DNA of 48,785 bases from an uncultured Candidatus Saccharibacteria bacterium (GTDB taxonomy: Bacteria > Patescibacteriota > UBA1384 > XYA2-FULL-43-10 > 1-14-0-10-43-13): NCBI GenBank assembly GCA_964406145.1, contig CAYOQP010000003.1:29663-78447 (forward strand), in the 5' to 3' direction. Positions 17,392 through 26,115 of this stretch are shown in pieces (the first letter of the stretch is position 1; every line of letters begins with the position of its first letter). The position numbers and the translations under genes were made by a program. The notes beneath the pieces are model-generated. The model had not been told where the DNA came from. It ran no database searches and saw only the letters and a list, made by a program, of their open reading frames with translations.

Positions 17392-18283
17392 CAATTTAGA
17401 CAGGAGCCTAGATCCAAGTACTTTGGCTTATATTTTTGAGCTGAAGAAATTTTTTGAGATTAGCGATTTTATCGAAACTCTGAAAAAGAAGAGGCCCGAT
17501 AGATATATACAAGCCCTTTACCACATTATGGAAGGTGATGTCTTGGGCGAGATTTATTGGCATAAAATAAGATTAGCCAAGTTTTTTGCCAAGGCAAGCA
17601 AAGTTGCGGCCGAGCCAGAGGACTATATGAGAATCCTCTTTTTACTGGCCAAGCACGCTGACTCTAGTATCGGCGATACTAACGCCGCCTTCTCAAAAGA
17701 ATTTGGTCCCAATTTTCATGTCTATGAAAGCTATAAGATCGATGGCGGTGCGACCAAAAGTTGGCGCGATCTAGCTATCAGGGCTAGGGAGATTAAAAAT
17801 GGCATGCTTAATCACTCTTATCTCATAGTCAAACCTCTTGTTGAAGAGATTATTAGCACATATAAAAGAAATACGGACACCGATCTGGAGAAAATTGATA
17901 AAATTTACGCTCTAGCAAATGAGATCGTTGGCCAAACCGGGGTTATGATTATGGACAATCCAAATGCTCCAGAAAATGCCGAGATCAAAAAAAAGGTAAT
18001 TGAATTCTATAAATTGACCAATCGGCTCAATATGGACATTGAGAGATTGGACGATGAGTATAATTTCGACAAGATAACAGCATATGTCAACAAAATGAGG
18101 TCGGTTTATGCAATTAAATTGCATATGATTAGCAAAGATATGCCTTTCGATAATCTGGAGGAAGCAGAGAAGTTTTTAATGAAATTATTGGGACAACAGG
18201 AATTTGCTCAATATATTGATATAGAAGAACTTCAAAGAGCTGGCGTTAAATTGCCACAGTTGAAAGTAACGACATCAAAATAA
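17366..18283 (+). CDS. Hypothetical soluble protein of the T4SS-like block
   Basis: A 305-aa ORF with no TM helix and no nucleotide-binding motif. The start is uncertain: GTG at 17366 overlaps the upstream gene by 26 nt, and an in-frame TTG lies at 17423. Confidence 0.55.
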   Translation: MPEQKAETNNLDRSLDPSTLAYIFELKKFFEISDFIETLKKKRPDRYIQALYHIMEGDVLGEIYWHKIRLAKFFAKASKVAAEPEDYMRILFLLAKHADSSIGDTNAAFSKEFGPNFHVYESYKIDGGATKSWRDLAIRAREIKNGMLNHSYLIVKPLVEEIISTYKRNTDTDLEKIDKIYALANEIVGQTGVMIMDNPNAPENAEIKKKVIEFYKLTNRLNMDIERLDDEYNFDKITAYVNKMRSVYAIKLHMISKDMPFDNLEEAEKFLMKLLGQQEFAQYIDIEELQRAGVKLPQLKVTTSK

Positions 18284-18304
18284 ATAATTAGGGCTAGGAG
18301 AAAA

Positions 18305-19357
18305 ATGCCAAAGAAAGAAACAGACGATGGGGGCATTGCTTTTGACGACCAACCAGATGGTGCCGAAATAAGGAATTACTATAATTTGCCGAGTGATGAG
18401 GAGATGCAAGATCAATATCAGGAAAGACTGAGTCTAAGCGGACAAAGAATAGCTGACGCAAACGAAACAGTAGAGGGTAAAAGATCGGCCGAAGAGTCTC
18501 TTGCCATAATTGAAAGAGATGAAGACGATTTAGACGGAAACACGACAAAGGAAGCAAACGCGCCAACTCCAGAAACAGAAGGAACGGAATTTTTGGAACA
18601 AAAAGTTGGTGATGTAATGCAATATGTTCATTGGCTTAATCCAGATATGAAACTTGGCGACATAGATATATTAGATCTGATTTCGATCCCCTGTTACCTC
18701 AGAATTACGATGGAACAGTTTGAACAATGGAGTTGCAAAGGTATAGCAAAAGAAATAAAAGAAGACATTAAGGTTTTTAATCGCATCTTGCAATACAAGA
18801 TACCCAATGCAGAAGAAATGGGCATGACAGTAAAGCTCGATGATGATGAAAACAAAGAAGATAAAACCACAGATTCAACAAATGATAGCAGTGACTCTCA
18901 GGACAAGATCGCCAAGAGAGATCGTCTCTATAAAGCGCTTTTCGCCAAAATATCAGAAGCCGAGAACATGCTTGATCTTGGAGAACGCGACCAAGCGATA
19001 GATTGCTTGACCCGTGTAGATGAAATGAGAATGACACTCGAATTGGAAGAAGACGACAGAAGCGTTATGGTATTAGGCAGAACAGCAGTCGGCCTCTATA
19101 AAAGCGGAGAGGAAGATTATTCCATTAGATATCTAGAAGAAGCCACTGAAATTGCCAGAAAATCTGAGAATTCGGCATATCTACTGCTATTTTTGGCCGC
19201 TTGTTACACATTCGTGAAAAAAACCGAGGACGCAACCGCCATTTTAAAAGATCTGCCAGACGCAGAAAAAAGCAAGGAAATAATAAAGAGATTAGTCGAC
19301 ACAGAAGAAGAAAGTGGTGATACGGACAACAGATCGAATCTCCCTCTCGCAGCTTAA
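18305..19357 (+). CDS. Acidic hypothetical protein with TPR-like C-terminal region
   Basis: An AGGAG SD lies before the ATG at 18305. The protein is very acidic (DEEMQDQYQE, DDDENKEDKTTDSTNDSSDSQD). The C-terminal helical repeats DQAIDCLTRVDEM, RYLEEATEIARKS and AACYTFVKKTEDATAILKDL are TPR-like. Confidence 0.55.
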   Translation: MPKKETDDGGIAFDDQPDGAEIRNYYNLPSDEEMQDQYQERLSLSGQRIADANETVEGKRSAEESLAIIERDEDDLDGNTTKEANAPTPETEGTEFLEQKVGDVMQYVHWLNPDMKLGDIDILDLISIPCYLRITMEQFEQWSCKGIAKEIKEDIKVFNRILQYKIPNAEEMGMTVKLDDDENKEDKTTDSTNDSSDSQDKIAKRDRLYKALFAKISEAENMLDLGERDQAIDCLTRVDEMRMTLELEEDDRSVMVLGRTAVGLYKSGEEDYSIRYLEEATEIARKSENSAYLLLFLAACYTFVKKTEDATAILKDLPDAEKSKEIIKRLVDTEEESGDTDNRSNLPLAA

Positions 19358-19360
19358 ACA

Positions 19361-19390
19361 TTGTATCAATATTGTTTGACATGCTATAAT
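19361..19390 (+). promoter_or_regulatory. Internal promoter candidate: TTGTAT-18 nt-TATAAT with extended -10 (TGCTATAAT)
   Basis: TTGTAT lies at 19361..19366 and TGCTATAAT at 19382..19390, in the only sizeable intergenic gap (58 nt) of the first half of the block. Confidence 0.4.
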
Positions 19391-19415
19391 AAAGCCAAGA
19401 CACATTGGAGGGGTT

Positions 19416-19832
19416 TTGAAGTTTAAAGTACCGCAAAATATTGATATCCAAGATCGCATTCTAGGCCCCTTGACCATGGTTCAATTTATTTATGCCGTGG
19501 TCGGTTTTGGTGTGTCATATATTATTTTCAACGCAATTCCAAAGCCATTCTCGTATTTCTTGATTGCCCCGATAGTCATCTTTGTTATCTTATTGGACTT
19601 TGTAAAAATAAATGAGCGACCATTTCTTGATTTTCTAACCTCTGCAATTACTTTCTTTATGTCACCGAAACAACGTTTCTGGCACCAAGGCGACGATTCT
19701 GATTTTAATATAGAAATATATAAAGTCGCCAAACAAGGACCAACAATACAACATAAAAATATTACGAGTGAAGAGATTCAAAAATTTGCAAATCGCACCG
19801 ATAGTGGAAAAACACAATTAATCAAAAACTAA
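19416..19832 (+). CDS. PrgI-family / VirB3-like small membrane protein
   Basis: TTG start after GGAGGGG. The KVPQNIDIQDRILGPLTMVQFIYAVVGFGVSYIIF motif, a second helix and ERPFLDFLTSAITFFMSPKQRFW follow the PrgI family pattern. It lies two genes upstream of VirB4, with only ORF 19834..20799 between. Confidence 0.6.
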   Translation: MKFKVPQNIDIQDRILGPLTMVQFIYAVVGFGVSYIIFNAIPKPFSYFLIAPIVIFVILLDFVKINERPFLDFLTSAITFFMSPKQRFWHQGDDSDFNIEIYKVAKQGPTIQHKNITSEEIQKFANRTDSGKTQLIKN

Positions 19833-19833
19833 T

Positions 19834-20799
19834 ATGGTTGATTCAACACAACAAGCAATAGATATTGCCGGAATCAAAGACGGCATCATGGTAATGAAGG
19901 ACGGCAGTTATCGCCTCGTTTTTCAAGTTTCTGCGACAAACTTTGCCCTAAAATCAGAACAGGAACAAAATTCTATCATTTTTCAATACCAGAGTTTCTT
20001 GAATTCGCTCCACTTCCCAATACAAATTGTTATTCGTTCTCGTCAGCTAGATTTAACACAGTACATAGCAAAAATCGAAAAAATGTCTGAGACTCAAAGT
20101 AATGATTTGATCAAAGTTCAGACGCTTGATTATGTGGATTTTTTAAAAAAGCTTATCGAAATGGCCAACATCATGAAGAAAATCTTCTACGTGGTCATAA
20201 GCTACAATCCGATTACCATAAAAAAATCTGGCCTTTTTGATAAGTTTTTCGCCAAAAAGTCAGTTTTTGAACACATCAAAATATCTGAAGACGAGTTTAA
20301 AAATTATACAAACAAGCTCTCCGAAAGAGCAAATATTGTTGCCGGTGGACTAGGGCAGATGGGTCTACATTGTTTTCAGTTATCAACTGAAGATCTGATC
20401 GAGTTATATTATCAAATATATAATCCTGACGACGCCACAAAGGAAAGAGTTAAAGACATAACTATGCTCTCTTCACAAGTGGTCATGAGCGAAGAAGAGT
20501 TTGACAACAAAGAGGAAATTAAAAAACAAAGCCAAAAAGAAGCTGGCATGATCGATAATACGGCAATTGTAGAGGAACAGCGCAAAAGAGATGCCAAACA
20601 ACTTCAAGATGACGAAGCCGCACAACAAACGCAGACTACTACTGAAACTAATGTAAAAAAAGAGGAGCCTTCAGCCCAACAACCAGCCGCAGAAGCAACG
20701 ACCGGCAGTACTGATGGTGCTACGAGCACAATACCGGTAAATCAAGACGCTACGACCGCAGAAGCAGGAACAAACAATAATCAAACTAATCAACAATAA
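19834..20799 (+). CDS. Hypothetical protein resembling the non-ATPase N-terminal domain of Gram-positive VirB4 proteins, with a Q/T/A-rich tail
   Basis: IAGIKDGIMVMKDGSYRLVFQVSATNFALKSEQEQNSIIFQYQSFLNSLHFPIQIVIRSRQLDL and SERANIVAGGLGQMGLHCFQLSTEDLIELYYQIYNP parallel the layout of the N-terminal third of the next ORF. There is no Walker motif. Confidence 0.45.
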   Translation: MVDSTQQAIDIAGIKDGIMVMKDGSYRLVFQVSATNFALKSEQEQNSIIFQYQSFLNSLHFPIQIVIRSRQLDLTQYIAKIEKMSETQSNDLIKVQTLDYVDFLKKLIEMANIMKKIFYVVISYNPITIKKSGLFDKFFAKKSVFEHIKISEDEFKNYTNKLSERANIVAGGLGQMGLHCFQLSTEDLIELYYQIYNPDDATKERVKDITMLSSQVVMSEEEFDNKEEIKKQSQKEAGMIDNTAIVEEQRKRDAKQLQDDEAAQQTQTTTETNVKKEEPSAQQPAAEATTGSTDGATSTIPVNQDATTAEAGTNNNQTNQQ

Positions 20800-20802
20800 A
20801 CT

Positions 20803-22665
20803 ATGGCAGACGTAGAACAAAAAAATACACCAGCAGCATCTCCAAATCCGGTAGTTCCGCCCGCGGATGCTAGAGCCGTCGCTCAGGAGAATATTGCCAA
20901 AAGAGAAAAGACTGTAAATCCAGCTGAATTCTGGCAAAAAGCTCAAGCAAATAAGGCCATGCTAAAACAAGGCTCAACCTCTGTTAGAGATATCATAGCC
21001 CCAGCCTCTTTTGTTGTTACACCAAATTATGTTCAGTTGGGCGGATATTATGTCAAAACCCTTTTTGTTTTTACTTATCCGAGATACATCGAAACAAACT
21101 GGCTTTCACCTATCATCAATTATGATCTGACCATGGATATGAGCCTGTACATCCATCCTCTAGAGTCAAAAGATGTCATGAATGAATTAAAAACTCAGGT
21201 GGGTAAAATCGAATCGACCATGTCGATTGATCAGGAAAAGGGTAAGCCGAGAGACCCCGAGCTTGAAACAGCTTTGGGTGATGTTGAGGCCTTAAGAGAT
21301 GTTCTTCAAAGAGGAGAAGTGAGATTATTTCAATTTGGTCTTTATTTTACGCTTTATGCCAGAACACCAGAAGAGCTTAAGACCGTTACTGATCAGCTCG
21401 AGTCAACTTTGGGCGGCCTATTGATCTATACCAAAGAGACCCTTTTTCAGATGGAGCAGGGCTTCAACGCAACCATTCCTTTAATGACCGACAACATCAG
21501 TGTCTTGCGCAATCTCGATACTAGTTCTCTTTCCTCGACCTTCCCTTTTACCTCCAGCGAATTAACTCAGGATGAGGGAATTTTGTATGGTATTAATAGA
21601 CACAATAATTCACTTATTATTTTTGATCGCTTTTCTCTGGAAAATGCCAACTCTATCGTCTTGGCCAAGTCTGGCTCCGGTAAATCTTACTTTGTTAAGC
21701 TCGAGGCCTTGCGATATTTGATGATGGGGACAGATGTCATCGTTATAGACCCAGAAAACGAATACAAGACCCTCTGCGAGGCTGTCAGCGGTAGTTATTT
21801 GGAGATATCTTTAAACTCTGATAAACGTATTAACCCTTTTGATTTGCCTGTCTCAACAGAAGAAACTGGCGAAGATGTACTTAGATCTAATATTGCCTCA
21901 ATACATGGATTGATTAATTTAATGGTCGGTGGACTTAACCCAGAAGAAGATGCTGTTGTTGATAAGGCTCTTTACGAAACTTACGCTCTCAAAGATATCA
22001 CGACCGATCCAGAGAGTCAGAAAAATGAACCACCATTATTGCAGGACTTCTACAATATTTTATCCAATATGCAAGGAACAGAGTCTTTACGAGCGAGATT
22101 GTCAAAATATGTCGAAGGCTCATTCTCAAATCTCTACAATCAGAGAACTAATTTCGAGCTCAAACCTGGCTTTGTTGTCTTCTCTGTTAGAGATCTAGAG
22201 GAGCAGCTTCGTCCAATCGCCATCTATACCGTGCTTGACTATATTTGGACCAAAGTACGCATGTCCATGAAAAGACGTTTAATGATTGTTGACGAAGCTT
22301 GGTGGATGATGCAGTACGAAGACTCAGCTAAATTCCTTTATGGTCTAGCCAAGAGAGCTAGAAAATATTATTTGGGACTAACAATCATTAGCCAAGACGT
22401 CGAAGACTTCCTTGGAAGTCGTTATGGTAAGGCTGTCGTTGCCAACTCTTCGATGCAAATTCTAATGAAGCAATCGACAGCTTCAGTTGATGTCGTCGCA
22501 GAAATCTTTAACCTTACAGAGGGTGAAAAATATATGCTTCTTGAGTCTGATGTTGGCGAAGGCCTTTTCTTTGCGGGACTTAATCACGTAGCTTTTAAAG
22601 CCGTGGCCTCTTACACAGAGGACCAGATCATCACAACAGATCCCCGACAACTTACAGGAAAATAA
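20803..22665 (+). CDS. virB4: VirB4/TrbE/ConE-type T4SS ATPase
   Basis: The N-domain DIIAPASFVVTPNYVQLGGYYVKTLFVFTYPRYIETNWLSPIINYDLTMDMSLYIHP is the typical Gram-positive VirB4 pattern. Walker A is LAKSGSGKSYFVK (nt ~21663..21701), Walker B is LMIVDEAWWMM, and ARKYYLGLTIISQ is also present. Confidence 0.85.
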   Translation: MADVEQKNTPAASPNPVVPPADARAVAQENIAKREKTVNPAEFWQKAQANKAMLKQGSTSVRDIIAPASFVVTPNYVQLGGYYVKTLFVFTYPRYIETNWLSPIINYDLTMDMSLYIHPLESKDVMNELKTQVGKIESTMSIDQEKGKPRDPELETALGDVEALRDVLQRGEVRLFQFGLYFTLYARTPEELKTVTDQLESTLGGLLIYTKETLFQMEQGFNATIPLMTDNISVLRNLDTSSLSSTFPFTSSELTQDEGILYGINRHNNSLIIFDRFSLENANSIVLAKSGSGKSYFVKLEALRYLMMGTDVIVIDPENEYKTLCEAVSGSYLEISLNSDKRINPFDLPVSTEETGEDVLRSNIASIHGLINLMVGGLNPEEDAVVDKALYETYALKDITTDPESQKNEPPLLQDFYNILSNMQGTESLRARLSKYVEGSFSNLYNQRTNFELKPGFVVFSVRDLEEQLRPIAIYTVLDYIWTKVRMSMKRRLMIVDEAWWMMQYEDSAKFLYGLAKRARKYYLGLTIISQDVEDFLGSRYGKAVVANSSMQILMKQSTASVDVVAEIFNLTEGEKYMLLESDVGEGLFFAGLNHVAFKAVASYTEDQIITTDPRQLTGK

Positions 22666-24768
22666 ATGGAAGCAGGGGGCAAAAAAATCAAGACGAAAAA
22701 AGGTTTTGCCATTGTTCCGTTGGTGATGCAGTTTTTGTTGACGGAGGGCTTGCCCATTATTATTGCTATTGCCATTATTGGTTTGGCTTTTTTTATTTTT
22801 GCGAGCATGAAAGGAGACGCTAATACGGCCACCACGAATTCCGACACTGTTACTTGTGGCAAATGGGCGGACGTTGGTGAACAAGAACAAACACTCATGA
22901 AACAGGCAGCGACTGAAGCGGGTATTCATCCGGCGTTGTTGGCGGCAATATACTGGCAAGAAAATGGCAAGACATGGAAGCCAATGACAGCTGATTTTCC
23001 CTGCGGAACAAATGGCTGTGGACCATTTCAATTAAACTCTGATAATCGCGAAGCATACGGGCTAAGCGAGGCCGAGGCCAAAGACTTTACTAAGTCAGTC
23101 GGTCCAGCCGCAAAGATACTAAAATCAGCAGTGACTAATCTTGGCGTCGACGGATTATCCGAAAACGAAGACTCCACTCGAGCAGTCGCCTTGGCTTATA
23201 ATCGCGGCCCGTGCGTCGCTAAAAAATGGGTAGAGGATGGCCGCCCACTTAGTGCTGAAAAAATAAAAACCTATCAAGATGCTTGCAATTATGCCACGAG
23301 CGTTTATCCAAGATCTGGCTTTACTCCGATGGAGCTGGCTCAAATTGGTCTTGATTACCTAATGTCAGCCGGCACAATGTTCAAAGATTTGGCCAAAGGT
23401 TGTGATAGATTAAATATTATCGCCGGCGGGAGCTACTCCGGTGAAAGCTTTATTAGCACTTGCCAAGGAGTCTCAACAAACATTACAACTGGGGGTAAAG
23501 TAATTGTTCTAGATCCAGGACATGATACCCCAAATAACAATGCTGGAGCAACGGGTGAAGGAGCGGCAAATTTAGAGGTAGCGCTACAAGCTAGAACAAA
23601 ATTAATCGCAAGTGGATATACTGTCTATCTGACCAGAGGAGACCCCAATGGTGGTGGAATTGATTTAACAAAAATTGCCGGAGCACCAAGTGATGCTAGT
23701 AATGATGAGGATAACAAAAGAAGGGCGGTGTTTGGTAATTCTAAAAACGCAGCATTAGTATTTCGAATTCATGGTGATGCCGGCGGATCACCTGGGTACT
23801 ATTTTATCTATCCTCGCTCCATGACCGCAGATAGAACCGGTCACGTCGGACCACCAGCAACAATTGCAGCTCAAAGCAAGGACATTACCGAAAAAATATC
23901 TCGGTCTTTGGCGACTCAAGGCCTAACAAAACAAAAAGATCCTGGTGATGATGTCAATTACACAAGCTACAAAGCCAATCTTGTCGGTTCATCATGGAGC
24001 ACGGTTCCGGTAACACTAATAGAAATGTTTGGCATGACCTCTGCGAATGCTAAAAGTGCTGAATATAAAACAAAAATGGCAAATGGAATTGCAAAAGCAA
24101 TATCTGATAATGTTCCGATCACACCAACAGGATCAACTACCGTTGTAACTCAGACGAAGGCTTGTTCTATCGCAAATTATGCTCTTCAGACAGTGGAAGA
24201 TGTTACAGAAAACGATGGCTGTAAAGATGGTAATGGCTTTCCAAATGGTTGCGCTGCTTCAAGCAAAAGCGCAGGGGCAAGCAATTATGCAAGCAATCCC
24301 AAGAAATCAGCCTTTTCTCAAACACCGAAGACACGAAGCTGGTATGCTGGAAGCGGATCTTGGCCATGGTATGCCGACTGTGGGTCTTTCGTTGGGTATA
24401 TTGTCAGATCTATAGCCGATCCAGCTTTTCCACTAAACGGCTCTTCCGCCCAGTTCTCTTATGTCAAAGCTCATCCAGAAAAATATGAAATGTTGTCGAA
24501 TAATGGCAACAATCTTAAACCTGGAGATATCCTATTTAGAGGAAGTTGTAACGCTGACCAAAACAAAAACAATGATGATTCTGACAGTATTAGATACGAA
24601 TGTAGTTATGGCACAAGTAAGGGTTTTGGACATATAGAAATTTATGTGGGTGATAATTCCAAATATCCAGGATATGCTGTTGCCTCAGCCTCTTATGGTA
24701 GCTATGGGCCAAAGGTTAGAAAATCCTTTGGCGGAACAATGGGAGTAATCGCTAGAATTAAAAATTAA
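22666..24768 (+). CDS. Membrane-anchored three-domain peptidoglycan hydrolase: SLT-like lytic transglycosylase + Amidase_3-like + NlpC/P60(CHAP)-like (VirB1/CwlT/PrgK analogue)
   Basis: TM helix at aa 25-46. SLT motifs are YWQENG, GPFQL and ALAYNRG (nt ~22888..23235). Amidase_3-like motifs are VLDPGHD, NLEVALQ..YLTRGD, LVFRIHGDA and LIEMFG (nt ~23497..24105). The NlpC/P60-like domain has DCGSFVGY (Cys) and GHIEIYVGD (His) (nt ~24343..24765). Confidence 0.7.
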   Translation: MEAGGKKIKTKKGFAIVPLVMQFLLTEGLPIIIAIAIIGLAFFIFASMKGDANTATTNSDTVTCGKWADVGEQEQTLMKQAATEAGIHPALLAAIYWQENGKTWKPMTADFPCGTNGCGPFQLNSDNREAYGLSEAEAKDFTKSVGPAAKILKSAVTNLGVDGLSENEDSTRAVALAYNRGPCVAKKWVEDGRPLSAEKIKTYQDACNYATSVYPRSGFTPMELAQIGLDYLMSAGTMFKDLAKGCDRLNIIAGGSYSGESFISTCQGVSTNITTGGKVIVLDPGHDTPNNNAGATGEGAANLEVALQARTKLIASGYTVYLTRGDPNGGGIDLTKIAGAPSDASNDEDNKRRAVFGNSKNAALVFRIHGDAGGSPGYYFIYPRSMTADRTGHVGPPATIAAQSKDITEKISRSLATQGLTKQKDPGDDVNYTSYKANLVGSSWSTVPVTLIEMFGMTSANAKSAEYKTKMANGIAKAISDNVPITPTGSTTVVTQTKACSIANYALQTVEDVTENDGCKDGNGFPNGCAASSKSAGASNYASNPKKSAFSQTPKTRSWYAGSGSWPWYADCGSFVGYIVRSIADPAFPLNGSSAQFSYVKAHPEKYEMLSNNGNNLKPGDILFRGSCNADQNKNNDDSDSIRYECSYGTSKGFGHIEIYVGDNSKYPGYAVASASYGSYGPKVRKSFGGTMGVIARIKN

Positions 24769-24792
24769 TAAATTTGCGGTATAATTAATCGA

Positions 24793-26055
24793 ATGAACAC
24801 AGAATTAAAGAAAATCAAAAGAACTGTTTACTTGGTTGGTCTCGTAGTCATTGCCTCTATCGGCATGCTACTGTGGTTCATGATGCACTCATTTGCAAAA
24901 ATAGTTATTGAACCGAGAAATGCGACTGTGACTGTGGACGACAAAAAAATAAGAGTCTCAGCCGGAAAGGCCAATATAAATACCTCGACAGGCGAACATG
25001 AAGTCAAAGTAGAGGCTGATGGCTATATCGGCTATAACCAAACTCTGAATTTTGACAGAGGATTTAATAAAACAATAAATATTACTCTTCAAGAGGTTCC
25101 TAAACCAATTGAAATAAGTTCCAGCGCTAGTTTACTAGCAAAAGGAAGTGATTTTAGTGATGGTTATTATTTGTCTAAAAGTGCAATTTATAAAACCAAG
25201 ATTGGTCTTGACGAGAATAGCAATATTTCTATCTTGGAAAATAGGGCCATAACAGAAGCAAAGATCACAGACTTAAAAGAAATAATATGGTCCCCAAGCA
25301 AAGAACTGGCCTTATTCAGAAAATCAAATTCTGTCACCTTATTTGATTTTATGAAGTACGACTTTATAAATCAGACCGAAACGCCTTGGGCCAATGGAGA
25401 CGTTGGAAATATCGCTTGGGCACCAGACAAATCAAAAATCGCCTACTATTACTTCCCCTCTACCGGAGAAAAATCTTTAATATTCGCCAATACAACAAAC
25501 ACCGAGATAGAAAGAGTTCTGAATTTTGTTGAATTAGGCATAGAGCATCCCTTGCTTCGTTGGTCGCCGAATTCCGAGTGGCTTTTGATTATTCCCCGCA
25601 ACTCAGATAAGGATAAAAACAAAATTTATTTGTTCAATGCTTACTCTCGAAGAATTAAGGAATTGACTGATGTCGGTGGACAGACAGACGCTAATTTTTC
25701 GCCAGACAGCAACAAGATTCTTTATTCGACATATTCTAAGGAAGATGGCAGCTCTATCTTAAATAAATTGTTTATCATGGATATTTCTGGCAACAACAAG
25801 AGAGACCTCGATTTAAGAGCAGACTTGAGCAAAACAGCCTGGAGTAAAGATGCAAGAAATATCGTTGTTGCATCTTCCAACTCAGACAATGGAGATCAAT
25901 CAATCTTCAAGTTCGACACAGAAAAAAAGGAGCGCTCTGGCTTTTCTATTAACAATTTGGGTAAAATTAGTATAGATACACTCGCCTTTTCTGATGATGG
26001 CAAATTGCTTTTTTACGAGGCAGGTAATCAGATTTTTGCCTTGAAGGTAAATTGA
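24793..26055 (+). CDS. Membrane-anchored PEGA-domain plus TolB-like beta-propeller protein
   Basis: N-terminal TM helix (VYLVGLVVIASIGMLLWFMM). PEGA-like segment IVIEPRNATVTVDDKKI..GEHEVKVEADGYIGYNQTLNF. Six spaced WSP/FSP blade motifs follow: WSPSKELALF, WAPDKSKIAYY, WSPNSEWLLI, FSPDSNKILYS, WSKDARNIVV and FSDDGKLLFY. Confidence 0.6.
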   Translation: MNTELKKIKRTVYLVGLVVIASIGMLLWFMMHSFAKIVIEPRNATVTVDDKKIRVSAGKANINTSTGEHEVKVEADGYIGYNQTLNFDRGFNKTINITLQEVPKPIEISSSASLLAKGSDFSDGYYLSKSAIYKTKIGLDENSNISILENRAITEAKITDLKEIIWSPSKELALFRKSNSVTLFDFMKYDFINQTETPWANGDVGNIAWAPDKSKIAYYYFPSTGEKSLIFANTTNTEIERVLNFVELGIEHPLLRWSPNSEWLLIIPRNSDKDKNKIYLFNAYSRRIKELTDVGGQTDANFSPDSNKILYSTYSKEDGSSILNKLFIMDISGNNKRDLDLRADLSKTAWSKDARNIVVASSNSDNGDQSIFKFDTEKKERSGFSINNLGKISIDTLAFSDDGKLLFYEAGNQIFALKVN

Positions 26056-26115
26056 TTATCTTTTTGAAGTTTTAAATAACAATTTTATTCAACTAGAGCT
26101 AATGACGGAGGGGTT

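Noticed and set aside
22483-23031. 182-aa and 95-aa minus-strand ORFs spanning the VirB4/hydrolase junction
   Set aside because: They are antisense to two well-supported coupled genes. They have no SD or promoter, and their composition is that of a shadow frame.
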